From Candidatus Cloacimonadota bacterium (GTDB taxonomy: Bacteria; Cloacimonadota; Cloacimonadia; Cloacimonadales; WRIO01): 10,949 nt of DNA. The stretch spans positions 1 to 10,949 of the forward strand of contig JAKQQL010000228.1 of NCBI GenBank assembly GCA_029564175.1, read 5' to 3'. The position numbers and the translations under genes are program-made. The notes below the pieces were generated by a model. It searched no databases. It was not told the origin of the DNA and saw only the letters and a list, made by a program, of their open reading frames with translations. Shown here in pieces: positions 1 to 7,073 of this stretch; the stretch's first letter is position 1; each line of letters opens with the position of its first letter.

Positions 1-16
1 CATTTATCTTTTTCAT
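1..16 (-). CDS. 5' end of a divergently transcribed gene (MKKIN...), runs off the window; product unknown
   Basis: Minus strand reads GAGGTGA (28-22), 5 nt spacer, then ATG AAA AAG ATA AAT from position 16. A TTGACA/TATATT promoter lies just upstream. An MKK start is typical of signal peptides. Confidence 0.6.
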
Positions 17-43
17 TTACATCACCTCATCTTATATAGAGTT

Positions 44-71
44 AATATAAATGAATGGCCAATATTGTCAA
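44..71 (-). promoter_or_regulatory. Putative sigma70-type promoter for the divergent left-edge gene
   Basis: Minus strand TTGACA (71-66), 16 nt spacer, TATATT (49-44), placed about 15 nt upstream of the SD at 28-22. Confidence 0.5.
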
Positions 72-149
72 GAACTAATTTTGCATAACTGCCTTATTTT
101 TCAAAGAGTTATAGCCTTTCTTTTTTACGAGGTCATCAAAAATGTATTA

Positions 150-1520
150 ATTAAATGGCACAGATTCATCATTATCAGTCTTATGGTGAGTATATTTTGT
201 ATAGCTCAGGCTGCAACACTCAGTCTTCAACAGGCAAGGGATTTGTCATTGAAAAACAATCATTCCTTTAAAAGTGCTGAGCTTATGAAAAAGAGTGCCG
301 AACAGAAAAGCAAGGCATCCTTTACCCATTTCCTGCCCTCTTTTAATCTTGGCGGAACCTACATGCAAAAAGGGGATGTCTATAAAGTAGAGACAGATCT
401 GATTAAACTGCCTGTTTATCAATATAATCCAACAACAGGCACAGCATCTGCCATAGCAGGTCAGTTTGTACCTCTACAACTGGATATGGAAATCGATGAC
501 GAAGATGCATTTGTCTTTAGTGTCAACATGACCCAACCTATTTTTACCGGCGGCAAGGTATTAAATCAGTATAAATTGCATAAGAATCTGGAAGCTATCG
601 AAAGCCAGAAAATGCAATTGACAGAAGAAGAAATCATTATCAAAACCGATGAAGCCTACTGGCGCGTCGTTGCCCTGGTAGAAAAAGTGAAGCTGGCAGA
701 ACAGTTTAAAACTACTGTTCAAAAACATCTTGAAGACCTTGAGAATTATAAGGCTGTGGGCATCATTACCCAAAATGAGATTTTAAAAGCCAGTGTAAAA
801 CTCAATGAAGCGGAGTTAAACCTTTTAAAAGCAAAAAATGGACTGGCATTATCTAAAATGGCGCTTAATCAGATTTTAGGTACCCCGCTGAATCAGGATC
901 TTGATTTATCCGATCAACTGACTGCTTCAAATCAAAAAAACGCTGGTCAGACTTCAATTGAAGAGGCCTTACAAAGACGCCCTGAATTGCAAATGCTCAA
1001 GTCTGCAACAGAAATCGCAGGCAATAATAAAAGCATTCAGTTTTCCAGATATTTACCTAATATCATGCTCAATGCCAGTTACAATTTTATGAATCCAAAT
1101 CCTTACAATTCTCTCAAAGACGAAACTGGTAAAGACTGGACAATTGCACTTATCGCATCAATGGAACTTTTCCATTGGAACGAAAGAGGCTATAGCCTGT
1201 CATCAGCAAAAAACTTGGAAAAAGCAGCTCTCTTAAAATATGATGAAACCCGCGAACTACTTACTCTGGAAATGAAACAGTCAGATAATATGTTGAATGA
1301 AAGCATCCAGAAAGTAATGTTAACAAAAACAGGCGTAGATCAGGCAACTGAAAACCTGAAATACTGTAATGATAAATTCAGTCAGGGCATGTTAAAAAGT
1401 GCTGATGTGCTCGATGCACAGACACTATGGCAAAAAGCACAGTCTGACTACTTAGACGCTTTGTCAGAACTTAAAGTCAATGAAATTAAACATGCCAAAG
1501 TCTATGGACAGCTCTTGTAG
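150..1520 (+). CDS. TolC-family outer membrane efflux protein (OEP); start uncertain (ATG 51, ATT 150 or ATG 183)
   Basis: Signal-peptide-like KWHRFIIISLMVSIFCIAQA followed by ATLSLQQA, then OEP hallmarks (FLPSFNL, QPIFTGGK, AYWRVV, ALQRRPEL, YLPNIML, DVLDAQ). First gene of an MFP/RND operon. ATG 51 lies inside the divergent promoter and has no SD. Confidence 0.92.
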   Translation: MKWHRFIIISLMVSIFCIAQAATLSLQQARDLSLKNNHSFKSAELMKKSAEQKSKASFTHFLPSFNLGGTYMQKGDVYKVETDLIKLPVYQYNPTTGTASAIAGQFVPLQLDMEIDDEDAFVFSVNMTQPIFTGGKVLNQYKLHKNLEAIESQKMQLTEEEIIIKTDEAYWRVVALVEKVKLAEQFKTTVQKHLEDLENYKAVGIITQNEILKASVKLNEAELNLLKAKNGLALSKMALNQILGTPLNQDLDLSDQLTASNQKNAGQTSIEEALQRRPELQMLKSATEIAGNNKSIQFSRYLPNIMLNASYNFMNPNPYNSLKDETGKDWTIALIASMELFHWNERGYSLSSAKNLEKAALLKYDETRELLTLEMKQSDNMLNESIQKVMLTKTGVDQATENLKYCNDKFSQGMLKSADVLDAQTLWQKAQSDYLDALSELKVNEIKHAKVYGQLL

Positions 1521-2017
1521 CGCAAGCTGCCAGCTTGCTGAAACCTGTAGCGCAAGCTACCAGCTTGCGAAGAAAAACGTGGCAAGCAGGTTGCTCGCCC
1601 AACAACAGCAAACGAGTGTAACGTAAGCGGCCAGCTTGCTGAAACCTGTAGCGCAAGCTACCAGCTTGCGAAGAAAAACGTGGCAAGCAGGTTGCTCGCC
1701 CTACAACAGCAAACGAGTGTAACGAAAGCTGCCAGCTTGCAGAAACCTGTAGCGCAAGCTACCAGCTTGCGAAGAAAAACGTGGCAAGCAGGTTGCTTGC
1801 CCTACAACAGCAAACGAGTGTAACGAAAGCTACCAGCTTGCAGAAACCTGTAGCGCAAGCTACCAGCTTGCGAAGAAAAACGTGGCAAGCAGGTTGCTCG
1901 CCCAACAACAGCAAACGAGTGTAACGAAAGCTACCAGCTTGCAGAAACCTGTAGCGCAAGCTACCAGCTTGCGAAAATAGACCAGGCAAGCAGGTTGCTT
2001 GCCCTACAACAGCAAAC
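1516..2017. repeat. Tandem array of five 101-bp units, each made of three GTAG-type REP-like palindromes (BIME/REPIN-like)
   Basis: Units start at 1516, 1617, 1718, 1819 and 1920. Each unit is REP-A (24) + GAAACC (6) + REP-B TGTAG-CGCAAGCT-ACC-AGCTTGCG (24) + 11 nt + inverted REP-C (reverse complement TGTAG-GGCAAGCA-ACC-TGCTTGCC, 24) + 12 nt linker. GTAG directly followed by a short palindrome is the established signature of GTAG-family REPs. Confidence 0.9.
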
Positions 2018-2039
2018 AGAAAGAAAAAAGGAGAAAAAA

Positions 2040-3089
2040 ATGAGAAAAATCAAACAAAATATAATCATCATACTGACTACAGCACTTCTTTTTAGTGCAT
2101 GTACAAAAAAAGATAACAATAAAACAGTAGAAGAAGCTATTCCGGTGAAAACAGCTCAGGCTATTGAAAAAAGTTATGATCCGGTATTAAATTATTCAGG
2201 AAGCGTTCAGGCAGCTAAAGAAGCCAATCTGGGTGCCAGTCTGCCAGGTAAAGTAGAGAAAATATTTGTCAAAGAAGGTCAGAACGTTTCTGAAGGACAG
2301 GTGATAGCACAGTTATCAGACGAGTTATTTACTCAGGTTCAGATCGAATACAAAGCAATTGAAAAAGACTTTAACAGAGTCTCCCAGCTTTTTTCCAAAG
2401 GTTCAATCTCAGAAATGGAATTTGATCATTTAAAAGCCAAACTGGAAGCGACTAAAGAAAAATTCAATTTGTTAAGAAAAAATACCCAGATTATTGCACC
2501 ATTTGCAGGAACGGTCGTGGAAATTCTGGTAAAAGAAGGAGAGAATTTCTCAATTATGCCTGCATTGAATCCAGGCTATTCTCACGCTTCAGGAGTAGTC
2601 AGACTGATGCAGTTAAACACGGTTAAAGTGCAAATCCAGGTCAATGAAAAAGATATCGCTCAATTAAAGAAAGGCATACAAGCAGAGATCAAATGTGATG
2701 CCTACCCAAATGAAAGCTTCTCCGGCGTAATTGAAACCATCCATCCGATTTTATCAACTCTTTCAAGAACTACGACTGTAGATATCATCGTTAATAATTC
2801 ATTAAAAAAACTGATGCCAGGGATGTTTACCCGTGTCAGTCTGAAAATGCCTGTTGAAAAAGGCATATTTATTCCTCGTTTTGCCATGATGAAACAATCT
2901 GGTACGAATGAAAGCTTTGTCTTTGTTTTTGATAATGGCAAAGCAGTAAAAAAAGTAATAACCCCATTGAAATCAATTGGTGATGAAATACTGGTGGAAG
3001 GCGTTCAGGCTGGTGATCAGGTGATTACAGCCGGTAAAACCAAACTGATGGACGGCACAGATGTTCAGTTAGGCGGAGGGGCAGAATGA
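2040..3089 (+). CDS. RND efflux periplasmic adaptor (membrane fusion protein), lipoprotein
   Basis: SD AAGGAG (2028-2033) precedes ATG 2040. Basic n-region plus lipobox LFSAC. Lipoyl/biotinyl-like halves (GKVEKIFVKEGQ; IIAPFAGTV), LMPGMF motif and C-terminal GDQVITAG. ATGA overlap with the next gene. The ORF-track start at 1995 lies inside the repeat. Confidence 0.95.
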   Translation: MRKIKQNIIIILTTALLFSACTKKDNNKTVEEAIPVKTAQAIEKSYDPVLNYSGSVQAAKEANLGASLPGKVEKIFVKEGQNVSEGQVIAQLSDELFTQVQIEYKAIEKDFNRVSQLFSKGSISEMEFDHLKAKLEATKEKFNLLRKNTQIIAPFAGTVVEILVKEGENFSIMPALNPGYSHASGVVRLMQLNTVKVQIQVNEKDIAQLKKGIQAEIKCDAYPNESFSGVIETIHPILSTLSRTTTVDIIVNNSLKKLMPGMFTRVSLKMPVEKGIFIPRFAMMKQSGTNESFVFVFDNGKAVKKVITPLKSIGDEILVEGVQAGDQVITAGKTKLMDGTDVQLGGGAE

Positions 3090-6000
3090 GACTCCCTCAG
3101 ATTGCAGTCAAAAATCCCGTATTTACATTGATGTTCTTTTTGGCATTGATGATATTCGGAGTAGTTTCACTTACCATGTTACCCCGAGATATTCTGCCAG
3201 ATGTGGAATACCCTGCCATTACAGTCGTTACAGTTTACCCTGGCGCTTCTGCCAGTGAAGTAGAAGAACAGGTTACCAAACAACTTGAAAATCAACTTTC
3301 CAGTGTAACGAATTTGAAAAAAGTAAGCTCCAAATCAAAAGAAAATGTATCATTTATCTCATTGGAGTTTGACTGGAATACCAATCTGGATGAAGCTTCC
3401 AATGATACACGAGATAAATTGGAACTGGTCAAAAAAGATCTGCCTTCAAGCGCTCACTCTCCGGCAATTATCAAAGTCAACAGCTCAATGGTACCGGTGA
3501 TTATCTATAACGTTTCAGCGAAAGAAAGCTATAATTCACTTGATCAGATTCTTGAAGAAAAGATGACTGATCGCTTAAAACGCGTTAAAGGAGTCGGTAA
3601 TTTTATTATCATCGGTCAGAAAGAACGTGAAATCAAGGTTGAAGTAGATCCTTATCGTCTTCAGGCTTATCAGTTAAACATGGCAACTATTGCCCAGGCA
3701 CTCAAAACAGAGAACATGACAGTTCCAGGCGGTAATATCGATTTAGGGCTTAATGAACTGGCTGTCAGAGTACCCGGAGAATTCACTTCAACCGCTGATA
3801 TCGAAAATCTGGTTATTTCTTCATTTAATGGCAAGATCGTTCGCCTTTCTGACGTAGCATCTGTTCGTGATGACTATAAAGATAAAGATGAAATCACAAA
3901 GAGTTTTAAAGAGAAATCTGTTGTAATCATGGTTCAGAAGCAATCCGGAGCGAATACGCTGGAAGTGGCTTCTGCGGTTAAAAAAGAAATTGCATTAATT
4001 CAGAAAACCCTGCCAAAAGATGTCATAATCAATCAGGCAATTGACTCTTCTGTATTGGTATCACACTCCATTAAAAATGTTTCTTCAACTATTTGGTATG
4101 CAGCTTTCTTCGTTATCTTCGTAGTTATTTTCTTTATGAGAGACGTCAAAAACAGTTTGATTATCATTTTGACCATTCCTTTTTCTCTGGTAGTAGCCTT
4201 CATCTATATGTTTGTTGCCGGATTTTCCATCAATATTTTCTCTATGATGGCGCTGGCAATCGCACTGGGTATGGTGGTAGATAATGCCATCGTGGTCTTG
4301 GAAAACATCACACGACATATAGAAAACGGAGCCAGACCTCAGGAAGCAGCGATTTTTGGTACAGCTGAAATGGGTATGGCAATTTCTGGCTCTACTTTGA
4401 CTACAATAGTCGTATTCTTACCAATGGTCTTTATGGGTGGCGTTGTCGGTATTCTGTTTAAACAATTGGCTCAGATTGCCTCTGTTACGTTAATCGGGTC
4501 ATTATTTACAGCCCTCACTCTGACACCGATGCTGGCTTCTCGTTTGATTAAACCCATTCAAGAACAAAAGAAAACCCATGGTAAACTCTTTACTTTCTTT
4601 GAAAAAATCTTCGTTCAAACAGAAAACAAATATAAAAAATGGTTGGATTGGTCAGTAAAACACAGGAAAACAGTGATATACAGTTCAATCGGATTATTTT
4701 TCATTACCCTTGGTTTAGGCATGACTGTCGGAACCAACTACATCCCTGACTTTGATGCCGGCGACCTGATGGTCTCTGTAGAATTACCGGTAGGAACAAC
4801 ACTGAGTGAAACAGAACGTGTAGCCGGTCTGGTGGAAGATATTTTCCTGGAAGAAATCCCTAAAAAAGATATGTTGTCCCATTACAGTATCATTGGTCAG
4901 ACTGAAAAGGGTGTACTCTCAATCATGAGCTTTAAGGAAGGTAAAAATGCCTTTACCATCGGTTCAAAAATTGTTATCCCTGATTATCGTGATTATTCAT
5001 CCGCTGAAGTTGCTGACCGCATCAGTAAACGGGTTGCGCTTATACCTGAGATAGAAAAATTCTCCATGTCTGGTGGCAGTATGCTCGGAAAAGCAATGTT
5101 GGGTAATAAAAAGCCAATTGATATCAAGGTAATGGGTACTGATTTTGACAAGATGAACGAAACTGCACTCAAAATTGAGAAAGCCCTGGTTCGATATGGA
5201 AAACTCAGTAATATCAGTAATACAATTGATCCGGGTAAAATGGAACTTCAAGTTATCATTGATCGTGATAAAGCCAGAGAACTGGGCATTAATGCTGCAA
5301 TGGTGGGATTAAGCGTCAGACAAAGTATCTATGGCGTTGAAGCGACACAATATAAAGAAGATGGCGAAGAATTTAACGTGCTCATTCGTTACGCACCGGA
5401 ATACCGTAATAACATCGAAGCGATTGGCGACATTCTCATTCCGACACTCACCGGACAAAGCGTGGCACTCAGATCTTTTGCAGAAATTGTTGAAGCAAAA
5501 GGCGCTCTGGAAATCAAGCATGAATCTCAGCAACGTATAATCTACGTCTCTGCTGATTTGAAAGATGTCTCTCTCGGTACAGCAGTAAAAGAAGTGAAAA
5601 AAGAAATCTCAAAAATAGATATACCTGATGGTGTGATTGTGGACTTTGGTGGTCAATATGAAGAACAGCAGGAATCTTTTAAATCACTGATTATGCTCTT
5701 TGCTTTAGGTATCTTACTGGTTTATATGGTGATGGCGTCACAATTTGGATCCATGAAAGATCCTTTTATCATCATGTTTGCAGTTCCGTTATCCATCATC
5801 GGAGTTATCTGGGCATTCCTGGCAACCGGTGAAACACTCAGTGTGACAACATTCATCGGTATCATCATGTTGGTTGGTGTTGTCGTTAACAATGGTATTG
5901 TTCTTGTAGATTATACCAATCTGTTAAGAGCAAGAGGACGTTCTCTGATGAATGCTGTAGTTGAAGCGGGTCATTCACGCCTTAGACCTGTATTAATGAC

Positions 6001-6172
6001 AGCTCTGACAACTATTCTGGGAATGTTACCCATGGCAACAAGCAACGGAATGGGTTCTGAAATGTGGAAACCAATGGCGATCACCATGATTGGCGGTCTT
6101 CTGATTTCAACCATGATCACTCTGGTTCTGGTACCGGTAATCTATACTGTCATCAATCGTAAAGGAGCATAA
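3086..6172 (+). CDS. RND efflux permease, AcrB/AcrD/AcrF family
   Basis: 1028 aa. N-terminal AVKNPV-TM1-LPDVEYPAITVVTVYPGASASEVE. TM4 GMVVDNAIVVLENI, TM10 GVVVNNGIVLVD, TM11 RLRPVLMTALTT, and two large periplasmic loops. Confidence 0.96.
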   Translation: MRLPQIAVKNPVFTLMFFLALMIFGVVSLTMLPRDILPDVEYPAITVVTVYPGASASEVEEQVTKQLENQLSSVTNLKKVSSKSKENVSFISLEFDWNTNLDEASNDTRDKLELVKKDLPSSAHSPAIIKVNSSMVPVIIYNVSAKESYNSLDQILEEKMTDRLKRVKGVGNFIIIGQKEREIKVEVDPYRLQAYQLNMATIAQALKTENMTVPGGNIDLGLNELAVRVPGEFTSTADIENLVISSFNGKIVRLSDVASVRDDYKDKDEITKSFKEKSVVIMVQKQSGANTLEVASAVKKEIALIQKTLPKDVIINQAIDSSVLVSHSIKNVSSTIWYAAFFVIFVVIFFMRDVKNSLIIILTIPFSLVVAFIYMFVAGFSINIFSMMALAIALGMVVDNAIVVLENITRHIENGARPQEAAIFGTAEMGMAISGSTLTTIVVFLPMVFMGGVVGILFKQLAQIASVTLIGSLFTALTLTPMLASRLIKPIQEQKKTHGKLFTFFEKIFVQTENKYKKWLDWSVKHRKTVIYSSIGLFFITLGLGMTVGTNYIPDFDAGDLMVSVELPVGTTLSETERVAGLVEDIFLEEIPKKDMLSHYSIIGQTEKGVLSIMSFKEGKNAFTIGSKIVIPDYRDYSSAEVADRISKRVALIPEIEKFSMSGGSMLGKAMLGNKKPIDIKVMGTDFDKMNETALKIEKALVRYGKLSNISNTIDPGKMELQVIIDRDKARELGINAAMVGLSVRQSIYGVEATQYKEDGEEFNVLIRYAPEYRNNIEAIGDILIPTLTGQSVALRSFAEIVEAKGALEIKHESQQRIIYVSADLKDVSLGTAVKEVKKEISKIDIPDGVIVDFGGQYEEQQESFKSLIMLFALGILLVYMVMASQFGSMKDPFIIMFAVPLSIIGVIWAFLATGETLSVTTFIGIIMLVGVVVNNGIVLVDYTNLLRARGRSLMNAVVEAGHSRLRPVLMTALTTILGMLPMATSNGMGSEMWKPMAITMIGGLLISTMITLVLVPVIYTVINRKGA

Positions 6173-6173
6173 T

Positions 6174-6464
6174 ATGAAAATGATGAATCTGACCTGCAAT
6201 ATCAGTTCTGTTAACCAGCTGATACAAATGATAGAAGATGAGAAAATCACTTTTTACCAGATTATTGAAGAGAGTATTGGCTTACTGCCTAAAGGTGAGC
6301 CTCGCTTAAATACTCCGGTCTGGCCTGGACTTAACAGTTCGATCTTCCTCACCTGTACAGAACAACAATGTCAAAACTTAAAAAAACACATTAAATCCTT
6401 TAATGAAAAAGCCTATAATGACAACGAACTTATCTTTGCCAACAGCTGGAATATCGATGAATAA
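6174..6464 (+). CDS. Small PII-like transporter-associated protein (PG0541-like family)
   Basis: 96 aa, 1 nt after the RND stop, with SD AAGGAG (6162-6167). Motif GEPRLNTPVWPGLN resembles, from recall and not from a search, the small PII-fold proteins found after RND permease genes in Bacteroidota/FCB operons. Confidence 0.72.
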   Translation: MKMMNLTCNISSVNQLIQMIEDEKITFYQIIEESIGLLPKGEPRLNTPVWPGLNSSIFLTCTEQQCQNLKKHIKSFNEKAYNDNELIFANSWNIDE

Positions 6465-6551
6465 AGACTTTGAAAAATAAATCAAAATTAATTGTAACGA
6501 ACTGTAAGAGTGTTCGTTATTTAATTAATCATATAACCTCCTAAACCTTAT

Positions 6552-6580
6552 AGAAAGCAGGGCGAAAGCCCTGCCTTTTA
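6552..6580. terminator. Bidirectional intrinsic terminator between the convergent efflux operon and crcB
   Basis: GCAGGGC (6557-6563), GAAA loop, GCCCTGC (6568-6574). Followed by CTTTT on + and TTTCT on -. Confidence 0.8.
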
Positions 6581-6613
6581 CTATGCAGACAAGAGAGTTT
6601 ATATTTTGTTAAT

Positions 6614-7015
6614 TTATTGCTGAACGGATATACAATTAGCCAGAGATATACCTAACAACACAAAAACAATACCCACAATCACAGACGCCGAAACATTTAA
6701 AACAGCTGTTTTTATATGGCCATTCTGATATAGCTGTATTGTTTCAAAGCTAAAGGTTGAAAAAGTTGTAAATGAACCAATAAATCCGGTGATAAAAAAC
6801 AATTTAAAGACTTCTGATAAATCATACATTTTAAACAGAATCGTTAAAAATCCAATTAAAAAACTGCCAAAAGCATTCACCAGAAATGTTTTAAGGGGGA
6901 AAGGACTCTTTGTATCAAAATCCAGAAAATGATATGACAAGTATCGTATTGAACTTCCTAAAGATCCTCCTGCCAATACAAATACCAACTCTTTAATCAT
7001 CTGTTTATTATCCAT
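6614..7015 (-). CDS. crcB: Fluoride efflux channel CrcB/FluC
   Basis: Four hydrophobic segments with Fluc motifs GGSLGSSIRY, TFLVNAFGSFLIG and TGFIGSFTTFSTF. Start probably ATG 7015 (AAGG upstream) or 7000. ATG 7048 overlaps the predicted -10. Confidence 0.95.
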   Translation of the reverse strand: MDNKQMIKELVFVLAGGSLGSSIRYLSYHFLDFDTKSPFPLKTFLVNAFGSFLIGFLTILFKMYDLSEVFKLFFITGFIGSFTTFSTFSFETIQLYQNGHIKTAVLNVSASVIVGIVFVLLGISLANCISVQQ

Positions 7016-7043
7016 TTTAACCTTCATTTTATAATATGTATAA

Positions 7044-7073
7044 ACCATAAAAACAATAGATAAGAATTGTCAA
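7044..7073 (-). promoter_or_regulatory. Putative sigma70-type promoter for crcB
   Basis: Minus strand TTGACA (7073-7068), 18 nt spacer, TATGGT (7049-7044). Confidence 0.4.

Noticed and set aside
51..149. ATG 51 as the tolC start
   Set aside because: There is no SD, it lies within the predicted divergent promoter only 35 nt from the opposite gene's start, and it would add about 33 atypical residues ahead of the signal peptide.
1486..1989. Minus-strand ORFs 1486-1686 and 1759-1989 as a pair of paralogous small proteins
   Set aside because: They are translations of the 101-bp repeat (not a multiple of 3, so the frame shifts each unit), antisense to the operon, with no SD.
1516..2017. CRISPR array (regularly spaced palindromic 24-bp repeats)
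   Set aside because: Sequences between repeats are near-identical from unit to unit rather than unique spacers. Repeats occur in both orientations, and there is no leader or cas gene in the window.
1995..2039. N-terminal extension of the MFP from TTG 1995
   Set aside because: It starts inside a REP hairpin. ATG 2040 has an AAGGAG SD and gives a canonical lipoprotein signal.
561..5540. Short alternative-frame or antisense ORFs within tolC, MFP and RND genes (561-773, 2702-2941, 4085-4318, 4093-4284, 4997-5251, 5309-5533, 5331-5540)
   Set aside because: They are fully nested in well-supported long genes and have no recognisable motifs; shadow ORFs.
6498..6516. Gram-positive SOS box (CGAAC...GTTCG)
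   Set aside because: The spacer is 9 nt rather than 4, and the site is between convergent gene ends, not at the umuDC promoter.
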